A DNA stretch of 64,000 bases from Alphaproteobacteria bacterium (GTDB lineage Bacteria; Desulfobacterota; Binatia; UBA12015): the NCBI GenBank assembly GCA_017853315.1, contig JAFMJW010000003.1:4537-68536 (forward strand), given 5' to 3'. This document shows positions 1 through 10,927 of this stretch, piece after piece; positions within the stretch are counted from its first letter, which is position 1; the number at the start of each line of letters is the position of its first letter. The notes under the pieces are model-generated. The model saw only the letters and a program-made list of their open reading frames with translations. It was not told the origin of the DNA and did not search any database. The translations under genes were made by a program, and so were the position numbers.

Positions 1-736
1 CGAGCCCGATCTTCTGGAACAGGCTCCCGCGCTTGATCGCGAACAGCTTGAAGCCGTTGGTCCTGCCGTTCTCCTGGTTGGGCACGGCCCGCAGCTGCGT
101 GATCAGGTCCGAGAGGTTCGAGAGCGACTCGTCCACCTCGGCCTGCGCGACCATCCAGCGGTCGTCGCCGATCTTCTTCACGGCGTCGTCCGAGACCCCC
201 GACGGCGAGGCGCCGGGGGTGGGGATCGCGACGGGGTGCGACGCGTCGGCCGCGCCCGCGGCCGGGGCGTCGGTCACCGCCAGCACCTCCCGGGAGCCGC
301 CCCGGTCGAGCACGAGGCTCCGCCACCCGATCCGGGCGATCCGGGCGCCCCCGAGCGTCTCCCCGGTGCCGACGACGAGCTGCTTCTTCGCGACCGTGTC
401 CTCCACGATCGCGAAGCGCTGGCCGCCACGCCGCCCGGTGCCGAGCAGGCGCAGCGACGACGGCGCCGACGGCAGGCCGGCGGCGGGCGAGCTTGCGTCG
501 CTCGTCGAGGGCGCGGCGAAGACGTTGCGGCGAGAAAGGGAGAGGTAGTCGGACAGGGGGCGGGCCAGGACCGAGCGCGCCTCGGGGGCCGCGGAGGTCC
601 GCGCCGGCCGTCCCGAGACGGAGAGCCTGCTTCGCACGACGCTCGAGACCAGCGTCGCGGCGGAGATCGCCGCCAGCGCGAGCAGGACGAGCCGCGACGC
701 TGCCCAGTGCGCCGGGCGGATCCGGGTGATCACCAT
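1..736 (-). CDS. gspC: Type II secretion system protein C (partial, runs off the window start)
   Basis: Manual minus-strand translation (not in the ORF track): MVITRIRP.., a hydrophobic segment (LVLLALAAISAATLVSSVV), RRNVF, an HR-domain-like FAIVEDTVAKKQLVVGTGETLGGARIARIGWRSLVLDRGG, and a PDZ-like LRAVPNQENGRTNGFKLFAIKRGSLFQKIGL. Confidence 0.85.
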   Translation of the reverse strand, partial: MVITRIRPAHWAASRLVLLALAAISAATLVSSVVRSRLSVSGRPARTSAAPEARSVLARPLSDYLSLSRRNVFAAPSTSDASSPAAGLPSAPSSLRLLGTGRRGGQRFAIVEDTVAKKQLVVGTGETLGGARIARIGWRSLVLDRGGSREVLAVTDAPAAGAADASHPVAIPTPGASPSGVSDDAVKKIGDDRWMVAQAEVDESLSNLSDLITQLRAVPNQENGRTNGFKLFAIKRGSLFQKIGL

Positions 737-741
737 TCGGT

Positions 742-770
742 GAGGTATGCCAACCCTCGAAAACCTGCAA
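742..770 (-). promoter_or_regulatory. Putative sigma70 promoter of gspC
   Basis: TTGCAG(770-765)-N17-TACCTC(747-742), 5 nt before ATG 736. Confidence 0.4.
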
Positions 771-861
771 GCCGGACGCGAGGTTGCGGCCGCCGCGACG
801 CAGCGGCGCGCGGCGCGCGCCCGCGCCGTCGGCGCGGTTCGCGTCGCGCCGCGTCGAGGAA

Positions 862-890
862 TTGACCCCCGGCACGGGCTCCCGTAGAGG
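862..890 (+). promoter_or_regulatory. Putative sigma70 promoter of the lysS/envelope operon
   Basis: TTGACC-N17-TAGAGG in the gspC/lysS divergent intergenic region. Confidence 0.45.
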
Positions 891-923
891 TTCGTTCGGC
901 GAGAGGCGGCGCAGGGCGAGCAC

Positions 924-2470
<1,547 letters not shown>

Positions 2471-2474
<4 letters not shown>

Positions 2475-3751
2475 GCGGCCTCTCGTCGCTGCCTTGGGAG
2501 CTCCAGGTGGGCCTGCGCTACCTGCGCGCCCGCCGTCGCGAGAAGTTCGTCTCGCTGATCTCGCTGATCGCCGGACTCGGCGTCGCGATCGGCGTCATGA
2601 CGCTCTGCATCGTGATGGCGGTCATGACCGGCTTCGAGGAGGATCTCCGGGACCGGATCCTCGGCTTCAACCCGCACGTGGTGCTGCTGAGCCACGGCGG
2701 CACGCTCGACGACTCGCCCGAGACGCTCGCGAAGGTCGCCGGCACGCCGGGCGTCGCCGCGGCCGCCCCGTTCGTCTACAGCCAGGTGATGGCGACGACC
2801 GGGCAGGCCGTCGCGGGAGCGGTCGTCCGCGGCGTCGACCCGGCGCACGTCGACGACGTGATCGACGTCTCGAGCCACGTCCGCGAGGGGTCGGCGAAGC
2901 ACCTGGGCCAGCCGATGACGGTCCAGACGATCGTCGACGGCAAGGAGACCCCGGTCGAGGCGAACCGCATCGTGATCGGCTTCGAGTTGGCGAAGCTGCT
3001 CGGCGTCCGGGTCGGCGACTGGGTGAACCTCATGTCGCCGCAGGGTGCTGCGAGCGCGCTCGGCTTCGTGCCGAGGGTGAAGCGCTTCGCGGTCGGAGGC
3101 ATTTTCGACTCCGGGATGTACGAGTACGACTCGACGATCGTCTTTCTCGCGATGGCCGACGCCCAGCGGATGTTCGAGCTGGGGCGCCGCGTGACCGGCA
3201 TCGAGGTCAAGGTCGACGACGTGCACGCGGCCGACCGGGTTGCGCGCGCCCTCGAAGTGCGCGGCGGCTTCCCGCTGTTCGCCCGCGACTGGATGGAGGT
3301 GAACCGCAACCTCTTCGCGGCCTTCAAGCTCGAGAAGTTCATCCAGTTCGTCGTCCTGCTGCTCATCGTGCTGGTCGCCGCCTTCAACATCGCGGCGACG
3401 CTCATCATGGTCGTCATGGAGAAGCGCAAGGACATCGCGATCCTGAAGTCGATGGGGGCGACCAACGGGGCGATCGGCTGGATCTTCGTCTTCAAGGGGG
3501 CGGTGATCGGGGTGCTCGGCACCCTGCTCGGGATCGCCGGGGGGCTGGGCGGGGCCTGGCTCCTGCAGCGCTACAAGTTCATCGACCTGCCCAAGGACGT
3601 GTTCTACGTCTCGACGGTCCCGGTCCGGATCTACCCCTGGAACTTCGCCGCCGTCGCCCTCGCCTCGATCCTGATCTGCATCCTCGCCACCCTCTACCCG
3701 GCCCGGCAGGCGGCGCGACTCGCCCCGGTCGAAGTCATCCGCTACGAGTAG
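2471..3751 (+). CDS. Lipoprotein-releasing ABC transporter permease LolC/E family
   Basis: GTG overlaps the lysS stop (GTGA). Motifs GLRYLRARRRE..ISLIAGLGVAIGV, VMEKRKDIAILKSMGA, YPARQAARLAPVEVIRYE. Confidence 0.93.
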
Positions 3752-3760
3752 GGCGGCGCG

Positions 3761-4459
3761 GTGGCCGGTTCGGGAGAGGAGAGCGGTCCCTACGTGTCCG
3801 CGCGCGGGCTGGTGAAGGAATTCACCGATGGCCCGCGCACGGTCCGGGTGCTCTCGGGGGTCGACTTCGGCATCGCCGCGGGGGAGACGGTCGCGATCGT
3901 GGGTGAGTCCGGAGTCGGCAAGAGCACGCTGCTGCACCTGTTGGGGGGGCTGGAGCGCCCGACGTCGGGCAGCGTGGCGATCGGGGGCGTCGATCTCGCC
4001 TCGCAGACCGACCGCGACCTCGCGCACTTCCGCAACCGCGAGATCGGGTTCGTCTTCCAGTTCCACCACCTCCTGCCCGACTTCACCGCGCTCGAGAACG
4101 TCGCCATGCCGGCGCTCATCGCGGGAGATCCCGCGGTCGATGCCCGCGAGCAGGCGGCCGCGCTGCTCGAGCGGGTGGGCCTCGCCGAGCGCATGACGCA
4201 CCGACCGGGAGAGCTCTCCGGCGGGGAACAGCAGCGCGTCGCGGTCGCGCGCGCCGTGGTCCGCAAGCCGGGCCTCGTGCTCGCCGACGAGCCGACGGGA
4301 AACCTCGACCCCGACACCGGCGACGAGGTCGAGCGCCTGCTTCTCGACCTGAACCGCGAGAACGGTACGACCTGCATCGTCGTCACCCACAGCGATCGCC
4401 TCGCGAGAGCGATGGACACCCGCTTCCGCCTGGTCCACGGACAGCTCGAGGTCGTATGA
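3761..4459 (+). CDS. lolD: Lipoprotein-releasing ABC transporter ATP-binding protein
   Basis: Walker A GESGVGKS, LolD motif [26 protein letters not shown]. Confidence 0.93.
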   Translation: MAGSGEESGPYVSARGLVKEFTDGPRTVRVLSGVDFGIAAGETVAIVGESGVGKSTLLHLLGGLERPTSGSVAIGGVDLASQTDRDLAHFRNREIGFVFQFHHLLPDFTALENVAMPALIAGDPAVDAREQAAALLERVGLAERMTHRPGELSGGEQQRVAVARAVVRKPGLVLADEPTGNLDPDTGDEVERLLLDLNRENGTTCIVVTHSDRLARAMDTRFRLVHGQLEVV

Positions 4460-7245
4460 GTTCCATGTCCCCCGAGAACCGTGCCCGCAGCGTGCTCGTC
4501 GCCGTGCTCGCGACGGCGCTCGCGGGCTGCGCGGCGAAGACCCCGGCAGGGCGCGGGGCACCGCGGGCCGGCGCGGCGGCGCCGGGCGGGGACGTCGCGG
4601 TCTCTGCGCCTTCCTCCCCGGCCGCGGCCGAGGGACTGCTCTCGCGGCTGCTCTCGCCCATCGCCGGCCTGTGGCCCTTCGGCGGGGGGAAGGGCGACTC
4701 CGCGGAGTCCGCCGACCGCGCGTCCGGCTCCGGATCGATCGCCGCCGCGGCCGGCGGCTCCGACAAGGACCTGCCGCCCGACCCGTCGAAGGCGTCGGTG
4801 CTGCGCCCGAGTCGCCGTGCGCCCGATCCCGACCGGTGGCTCTCCTCGCAGCCCGGGCTGCGCAGCCCGCTGCCGCTGCTGGCGGTGGTCGAGCCGGTCC
4901 GCAGGGTGGCGTCCGCCGCCGACGCGGCGGAGCCCGAGAGCGGGTTCCACGGTCGCGCGCCGCGCGTCTCGGGCGACGCGCCCGTGATCGGCGCGATCGC
5001 GATCGAGGGCAATCACCGCGTCGACAAGGAGGCGATCCGCGTCCACGTGAAGAGCCGCGCGGGCGAGCCCTACGACGCGCAGCGCGCCGACGAGGACCTC
5101 CGCGCGATCTACGCGATGGGCTTCTTCGACGACGTGTCGGTCGACCTCGAGGAGGGAGCCGGCCGGCCCGCGCTCGTCTTCCACGTGAAGGAGCGTCCCT
5201 ACGTCTCCTCGGTGAAGGTCGAGGGCACCGACAGCCTGAAGAAGGAGGACGTCGAGACCGCGCTCAAGACCCGCCCGCGCACGATCCACGACCCCGAGAA
5301 GGTCCGTCGCGGCATCGCCGACGCGCGCAAGTTGGCCGAGGAGAAGGGCTACCTCGACGCGAAGATCACGCCGGTCCTGAAGCCGATCCCCGGCACCGAC
5401 GACGTCGAGCTCGTCTACCAGGTCGACGAGGGCCGCAAGATCCTCATCGCGGACCTCGAGTTCGAGGGCAACGAGCACTTCAGCGACCGCAAGCTCGCGG
5501 GCGTGATGCAGACCTCGGAGAAGGGCTGGCTCTCGTTCCTCACCGGGTCGGGGACGCTCAACCGCGAGATCCTGAAGACCGACGTCGAGCGGCTCACCGC
5601 CTTCTACTACGACGACGGCTACGTCGGCGTGAAGATCGACGAGCCCGAGGTCACGCGAGACGGCGACCGGCTGAAGGTGCGGATCAAGATCGACGAGGGC
5701 GATCAGTTCGACTTCGGCGAGATCAAGCTCTCCGGCGACGTCCCGCCCGGACCCGAGGCCGACGAACTCGCCAAGGAGATCCAGTCGAAGAAGGGCGAGA
5801 CCTTCCGGGCGAGCGCGCTCCGCGAGGACGTGACGACGCTCACCGACCTCCTCGGCGACCAGGGCTACGCGTTCGCGAACGTCGAGCCCGAGACGCTGGT
5901 CCGCCCCGAGGAGAAGACCGTCGACGTCGCCTTCCGCGTGAGCAAGGGCAAGCCCGTCACGATCGGGCAGATCGACGTCACCGGCAACACGAAGACCCGC
6001 GACAAGGTCATCCGCCGCGAGTTGCGCGTGGCCGAGCAGGAGCCGTTCTCGGCGACCCAGTTGCGCAAGAGCAAGGAGGCCCTGCAGCGCCTCGGGTTCT
6101 TCTCGGAGGTCGACGTCACGACCCGCAAGGGGGCGACCGACGACCAGATCGACCTCGCGGTCGACGTGAAGGAGGGCTCGACCGGCGCCTTCAGCGCGGG
6201 CGCGGGCTACAGCTCGGGCGACCAGTTCCTGTTCAACGTCCGGCTCTCGGAGAACAACCTCTTCGGCCGCGGCCAGCGCGCGGTGCTGAACGCCGACTTC
6301 GGCACCATCCGGCGCAACATCTACCTCTCGTACACCGAGCCCTACCTGTTCGACACGCGCCTGCTCGGCCAGGGCACGATCTTCAACACCGGGCTCAACT
6401 ACGGCGACTTCACCCGCTCGGCGACCGGCTTCTCCCTGCGCGCCCTCTACCCCTTCGAGGAGATCGGCTTCGGGCGTCTGGGGTGGCTCTCGCTCGAGGA
6501 CACGAGCTTCGGCCTCGAGTACCGGCTGGAACAGGCGCGGATCTACGACATCTCCTACAACGCGCCGCCGGCGATCTGGGCCGAGCAGGGCGAGACGGCG
6601 ATCTCGGCGATCTCGCCGCAGATCCTCCGCAACACGCTGAATCACGCCTACGACCCGACGTCGGGCTCGTTCCAGGACATCTCGTTCGAGTTCGCGGGGC
6701 TGGGCGGCGACCAGACCTACTGGCTCGCGCAGGCGCGCACGCGCTTCTTCTGGCCGATCTACCGGATCCGCGACTTCGGGGCGTTCGTCTACTCGATCGG
6801 CGGCACGGTGGCCTACGGCAAGGGCGAGGCCGGCCTCTCGGGCAACGAGATCCCGCTCGTCCAGCGCTTCTTCCCCGGCGGCATCAACACCGTCCGCGGC
6901 TACAACATGCGCACGCTGGGCCCGCGCCAGGACACCTACAACCCGCAGGGAATCGTGATCAACAACCGGCCGATCGGCGGCACGAACGAGCTCGTCGTCC
7001 AGAACGAGATCATCTTCCCGATCTTCCAGCCGATGGGCATCCGCGGCGTGGTCTTCTTCGACGCCGGCAACGCGTTCCTCCAGGCGCAGGGCATCGACTT
7101 CGGCGACCTTCGCTACGGCGTCGGGGCCGGCATCCGCTGGCTTTCGCCCTTCGGCCCGCTCCGCATCGAGTACGGCATCCCCTTGAACCTCCAGGACAAC
7201 GAGTCGAAGAGCTCGGTCATGTTCTCGTTCGGCGCGCCGCTGTGA
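4456..7245 (+). CDS. bamA: Outer membrane protein assembly factor BamA with a long N-terminal extension
   Basis: Five POTRA-like repeats (IEGNHRV.., [14 protein letters not shown]), [12 protein letters not shown] motif, [18 protein letters not shown]. Located between lolD and skp. Confidence 0.95.
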   Translation: MSSMSPENRARSVLVAVLATALAGCAAKTPAGRGAPRAGAAAPGGDVAVSAPSSPAAAEGLLSRLLSPIAGLWPFGGGKGDSAESADRASGSGSIAAAAGGSDKDLPPDPSKASVLRPSRRAPDPDRWLSSQPGLRSPLPLLAVVEPVRRVASAADAAEPESGFHGRAPRVSGDAPVIGAIAIEGNHRVDKEAIRVHVKSRAGEPYDAQRADEDLRAIYAMGFFDDVSVDLEEGAGRPALVFHVKERPYVSSVKVEGTDSLKKEDVETALKTRPRTIHDPEKVRRGIADARKLAEEKGYLDAKITPVLKPIPGTDDVELVYQVDEGRKILIADLEFEGNEHFSDRKLAGVMQTSEKGWLSFLTGSGTLNREILKTDVERLTAFYYDDGYVGVKIDEPEVTRDGDRLKVRIKIDEGDQFDFGEIKLSGDVPPGPEADELAKEIQSKKGETFRASALREDVTTLTDLLGDQGYAFANVEPETLVRPEEKTVDVAFRVSKGKPVTIGQIDVTGNTKTRDKVIRRELRVAEQEPFSATQLRKSKEALQRLGFFSEVDVTTRKGATDDQIDLAVDVKEGSTGAFSAGAGYSSGDQFLFNVRLSENNLFGRGQRAVLNADFGTIRRNIYLSYTEPYLFDTRLLGQGTIFNTGLNYGDFTRSATGFSLRALYPFEEIGFGRLGWLSLEDTSFGLEYRLEQARIYDISYNAPPAIWAEQGETAISAISPQILRNTLNHAYDPTSGSFQDISFEFAGLGGDQTYWLAQARTRFFWPIYRIRDFGAFVYSIGGTVAYGKGEAGLSGNEIPLVQRFFPGGINTVRGYNMRTLGPRQDTYNPQGIVINNRPIGGTNELVVQNEIIFPIFQPMGIRGVVFFDAGNAFLQAQGIDFGDLRYGVGAGIRWLSPFGPLRIEYGIPLNLQDNESKSSVMFSFGAPL

Positions 7246-7289
7246 CGGTCCCGCCGGCGCCGATTCCCCAGAAGAAGGAGAAGAAGTCC

Positions 7290-7820
7290 ATGAAGACGGT
7301 CAGCTCGGTGCGCATCGCGGCAGTCGCCCTCCTGGCGGTCGCGACCCTTCCGGTCGCGGTTCGCGCGGCGGAGACGAAGATCGCGGTCGTCGACCTGCAG
7401 CGCGCGCTGAACGAGTCCGAGGCGGGCAAGCGGGCCAAGTCGGACTTCAAGGTCCGGGCCGACAAGCTCGAGTCCCAGCTGAAGGGCCAGAAGGACGAGC
7501 TCGACCGCATCAAGAACGACTTCGAGGCCAAGCAGTCGGTGCTGAAGGACGAGGAGCGCCGGAAGCTCGCCACCGACTTCGAGAAGAAGCGGCTCGACCT
7601 GAAGACCAAGTTCGAGGAGGCGCAGGGCGAACTCGCCAAGCGCGACCAGGAACTGACCGCGCCGATCATGAAGGGCCTCCAGGAGACCATCAAGCAGATC
7701 GCGGAGGTCGAGGGCTTCTCCCTCGTACTCGAGTCGAACTCGGCGGGCGTGGTCTACCACCTGCCGAGCGTGGACATCACCGACCGCGTCCTGTCGGCGT
7801 ACAACGCCAAGGGCAACTGA
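7290..7820 (+). CDS. skp: OmpH/Skp periplasmic chaperone
   Basis: Signal peptide, KIAVVDLQRAL, coiled-coil body, DITDRVL; AAGGAG upstream. Confidence 0.92.
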   Translation: MKTVSSVRIAAVALLAVATLPVAVRAAETKIAVVDLQRALNESEAGKRAKSDFKVRADKLESQLKGQKDELDRIKNDFEAKQSVLKDEERRKLATDFEKKRLDLKTKFEEAQGELAKRDQELTAPIMKGLQETIKQIAEVEGFSLVLESNSAGVVYHLPSVDITDRVLSAYNAKGN

Positions 7821-7843
7821 GCGGGCGGCCCGCCGGGAGCGAC

Positions 7844-9115
7844 GTGTCGGACGGCGACGACATCCTGCGGCTGCTCCCGCATCGGCATCCCTTCCTGCTG
7901 GTCGACCGCGTCCTCGAGTTCGAGGCCGGGAGCCGGCTGGTGGCGCTGAAGAACGTGACCGTGAACGAGCCGCAGTTCGCGGGTCACTTTCCCGGGCGCG
8001 CGCTCATGCCGGGGGTCCTCGTGTGCGAGGCGCTGGCGCAGGCCGGCGGGCTGCTCGTGCACGGCACTCTGAACGGCGACCTGCGCCCCGACAGGCCCGA
8101 CGCCGAGCGACCGTTCCTCGTGCTCTCGGGGATCGACGAGGCCCGCTTTCGGCGGCCGGTCGTCCCCGGCGACCAGATGCGGCTCGAGGTGGAGCTCCTG
8201 CGCAAGCGGCGCCCGGTCTGGAAGATCCGCGGCGTCGCGACGGTCGAAGGGCAGGTCGCGGTCGAAGCCTCGTTCTCGGCCGTCGAGACGGCGGGCCCGA
8301 CGACCGGCCGCGGCGGCGAGCCGCGCGCGGGCGCCGCGACGGAGATCCACCCGACGGCGATCGTGGAGCGCGGCGCCGAGCTCGACGAAGGGGTCGTGGT
8401 CGGCCCGTTCGCGACGATCGGGCCGGAGGTGCGGATCGGCGCCGGGACGAGGATCGGAGCCCACGTCGTGGTCGAGGGGCGGACGACGCTCGGCCGCGAC
8501 AACCGCGTGTTCCCCTTCGCGACCGTGGGCTGCGTCCCGCAGGACTTGAAGTTCCACGGCGAGCCCGGCCGGCTCGAGATGGGCGACCGCAACCTCGTGC
8601 GCGAGTACGCCTCGCTCTCGATCGGCACCGAGGGCGGCGGGCTCGTCACCCGCGTCGGCCACGACAACCTGTTCATGAACTACTCGCACCTGGGCCACGA
8701 CTGCCAGGTGGACGACCACGTGCACCTGGTGAACGGCGTCGCCGTGGCCGGGCACGTGTCGCTGGGCAGCCACTCGATCGTGTCCGGTCTCGCGGCGGTC
8801 GCGCAGTTCGCGCGGATCGGGGAGGGCGCCTTCATCGGCGGTGGGTCGATGGTGGTGATGGACGTCCCGCCGTTCTGCATGGCCAACGGCGACCGTGCCC
8901 GGCTGGTCGGGCTGAACGCGGTCGGGCTGGAGCGCCGTGGCTTCGACGCCGCGCGCATCTCGGCCCTCCGCCGGGCCTACAAGACGCTCTTCCAGTCGAA
9001 GTTGCTGGCCCGCGACGCGATCGCGAAGATCCGCGCCGAGCAGTCCGACTCGCCCGAGGCGATCGCGATGGCCGACTTCGTCGCCGCGAGCGAGCGCGGC
9101 GTGACGCGGCCCTGA
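7844..9115 (+). CDS. fabZ-lpxA: Fused 3-hydroxyacyl-ACP dehydratase FabZ / UDP-GlcNAc acyltransferase LpxA
   Basis: N-terminal LPHRHPFLLVDRV..GHFPG..MPGVLVCEALAQ (FabZ), a short linker, then IHPTAIV hexapeptide repeats, PQDLKF, SHLGHDC, DVPPF, GLNAVGLERRGF (LpxA), all in one ORF. Confidence 0.93.
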   Translation: MSDGDDILRLLPHRHPFLLVDRVLEFEAGSRLVALKNVTVNEPQFAGHFPGRALMPGVLVCEALAQAGGLLVHGTLNGDLRPDRPDAERPFLVLSGIDEARFRRPVVPGDQMRLEVELLRKRRPVWKIRGVATVEGQVAVEASFSAVETAGPTTGRGGEPRAGAATEIHPTAIVERGAELDEGVVVGPFATIGPEVRIGAGTRIGAHVVVEGRTTLGRDNRVFPFATVGCVPQDLKFHGEPGRLEMGDRNLVREYASLSIGTEGGGLVTRVGHDNLFMNYSHLGHDCQVDDHVHLVNGVAVAGHVSLGSHSIVSGLAAVAQFARIGEGAFIGGGSMVVMDVPPFCMANGDRARLVGLNAVGLERRGFDAARISALRRAYKTLFQSKLLARDAIAKIRAEQSDSPEAIAMADFVAASERGVTRP

Positions 9116-9119
9116 GGGC

Positions 9120-9971
9120 GTGGCGGTGGAGCGCAACGCCGCGCGTCTCGGCCTGATCGCGGGCAACGGGATCTTTCCGGTGCTGGTCGCGCGCGGGGCG
9201 CGCGAGGCCGGCGTCGAGGTCGTGTGCTGCGCGCACGTCGGCGAGTCGGATCCCGCGATCGAGGCCGAGGTCGACGCCTGCACCTGGGTGCGCGTGGGCG
9301 AACTCGGCCGCATCCTCCGGACGTTCAAGGAGGCCGGCTGCAGCAGCGCGGTCATGGCGGGGGGCATCACGAAGGTCCGCCTCTTCTCGGGCTTCCGGCC
9401 CGATCTGCGCGGTGCCGCCTTCCTCGCCCGCATGCGGACGCTGCACGACGACAAGCTCCTGGTCGGGATCGCGGACGAGCTCGCCGCCGAGGGCATCCCG
9501 GTGGTGGCCTCCACGCTCTACCTGCCGCGGCTCGTGCCCGAGCCGGGAGTGCTGGGGCGCCGCGGTCCGAAGTCGAAGGAGCGCGAGGACATCCGCTTCG
9601 GCCTGCGGGTCGCGAAGGCGATCGGCGCGTTCGAGATCGGGCAGACCGTGGTCGTGAAGGACGGGCTCGTCCTCGCGGTCGAGGCGGTCGAGGGCACCGA
9701 CGCCGCGATCCGCCGCGGGGCCGAGCTCGCGCGCCGGGGTGCGGTGGTCGTGAAGGTGGCGAAGCCGGGACAGGACCTTCGCTTCGACGTGCCGGCGGTC
9801 GGGCCGGCGACGATCCGCCTCATGGCCGAGACGCATGCGACGGTGCTCGCGGTGGAGGCGGGGCGCACGCTGCTCCTCGAGCGCGAGAGCCTGATCGCGC
9901 TCGCCGACATGGCGGGCATCGCGGTGGTCGCCGTGGAGGCCGAGCCCGACGCCTCGGGGGCGCTTGCGTGA
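9120..9971 (+). CDS. lpxI: UDP-2,3-diacylglucosamine hydrolase LpxI
   Basis: LGLIAGNGIFP, EIGQTVVV, AVEAVEGTD, KPGQDLRFDVPAVG. Confidence 0.93.
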   Translation: MAVERNAARLGLIAGNGIFPVLVARGAREAGVEVVCCAHVGESDPAIEAEVDACTWVRVGELGRILRTFKEAGCSSAVMAGGITKVRLFSGFRPDLRGAAFLARMRTLHDDKLLVGIADELAAEGIPVVASTLYLPRLVPEPGVLGRRGPKSKEREDIRFGLRVAKAIGAFEIGQTVVVKDGLVLAVEAVEGTDAAIRRGAELARRGAVVVKVAKPGQDLRFDVPAVGPATIRLMAETHATVLAVEAGRTLLLERESLIALADMAGIAVVAVEAEPDASGALA

Positions 9972-10927
9972 GCGCGTCCGGCGAGCGGGCCCAGGGCGCC
10001 CCGTTGCGCGCGGCGGTCGTCGGCGCGGGCTACCTCGGGACCTTCCACGCCGAGAAGTACGCCGCGGCGCAGGGCTGCGAGCTGGTCGGCGTGGCCGACG
10101 TCGACCTGCCGCGTGCGCGCGCGCTCGGCGAGCGTCTCGGCTGCCGGGCCGTCGGGGACTTCCGCGAGCTGATCGGCTCGATCGACTGTGCGAGCGTGGT
10201 CGTGCCCACCGGGCACCACCGGGAGGTGGGCGAGGCCCTGCTGCGGGCCGGCGTGGACTGTCTCGTCGAGAAGCCGCTCGCCGCGAACTCCGGGGAGGCG
10301 GCGAGCCTCGTCGAGACGGCGCGCGCGGGTGGCCGCATCCTGCAGGTCGGCCACCTCGAGAGGTTCAACCCCGCGCTCACCCGTCTCGCGGGCGTCATCG
10401 ACCGGCCGCGCTTCATCGAGTGCCACCGGCTCGCGCCCTTCACGGTGCGCGGAGCCGACGTCGACGTGGTCCGCGACCTGATGATCCACGACCTCGACCT
10501 CGTCCGGCTCCTCGTGCCCGACGAGATCGTCTCGGTCGAGGCGGTCGGCGTGCCGGTGGTGACGCACCAGGTGGACATCGCCAACGCACGGCTGCGCTTC
10601 GCCGGGGGCTGCATCGCGAACGTGACGGCGAGCCGGGTGTCGGCCAAGCGCGAGCGCAAGCTGCGGCTGTTCCAGCCCGATCTCTACGTCGCGATCGACC
10701 TGGCCGAGCGCTCGGTCCGGATCTGTCGCCGCCGCGTCGACGAGCGCGGGCAGCCCGAGATCGCGTGGGAGCAGGTCGACCTCGGCGAGGCCGACGCGCT
10801 CGCGCGGGAGATTCACGCCTTCCTCGCCTCGGTGCGCACCCGGGCGCGACCCGCCGTCACCGGCGAAGACGGGCTCGCGGCGCTCGAACTCGCGGAGCGG
10901 GTGCTCCGCGTGATGGAGCAGGGGTGA
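9968..10927 (+). CDS. Gfo/Idh/MocA oxidoreductase, probable UDP-GlcNAc 3-dehydrogenase (GnnA-like)
   Basis: VVGAGYLG, VEKP, VGHLERFNP, DLMIHDLD, TASRVS; lies between lpxA/lpxI and lpxB. Confidence 0.85.
   Translation: MSASGERAQGAPLRAAVVGAGYLGTFHAEKYAAAQGCELVGVADVDLPRARALGERLGCRAVGDFRELIGSIDCASVVVPTGHHREVGEALLRAGVDCLVEKPLAANSGEAASLVETARAGGRILQVGHLERFNPALTRLAGVIDRPRFIECHRLAPFTVRGADVDVVRDLMIHDLDLVRLLVPDEIVSVEAVGVPVVTHQVDIANARLRFAGGCIANVTASRVSAKRERKLRLFQPDLYVAIDLAERSVRICRRRVDERGQPEIAWEQVDLGEADALAREIHAFLASVRTRARPAVTGEDGLAALELAERVLRVMEQG

Noticed and set aside
775..860. GC-rich hairpins between gspC and lysS as a possible riboswitch or sRNA
   Set aside because: Nearly pure G/C pairing is expected by chance; no recognisable lysine riboswitch or T-box features, and it lies upstream of the putative lysS promoter
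33..865. Plus-strand ORFs 33-548, 236-865 and 493-729
   Set aside because: The real gene is gspC on the minus strand, missed by the ORF track because it is truncated
4671..7820. Apparent giant fusions in the ORF track (e.g. 1049-aa ORF ending in Skp, 1467-aa ORF ending in the amidase)
   Set aside because: Artefacts of choosing the most upstream start; the true starts lie at RBS or overlap sites downstream
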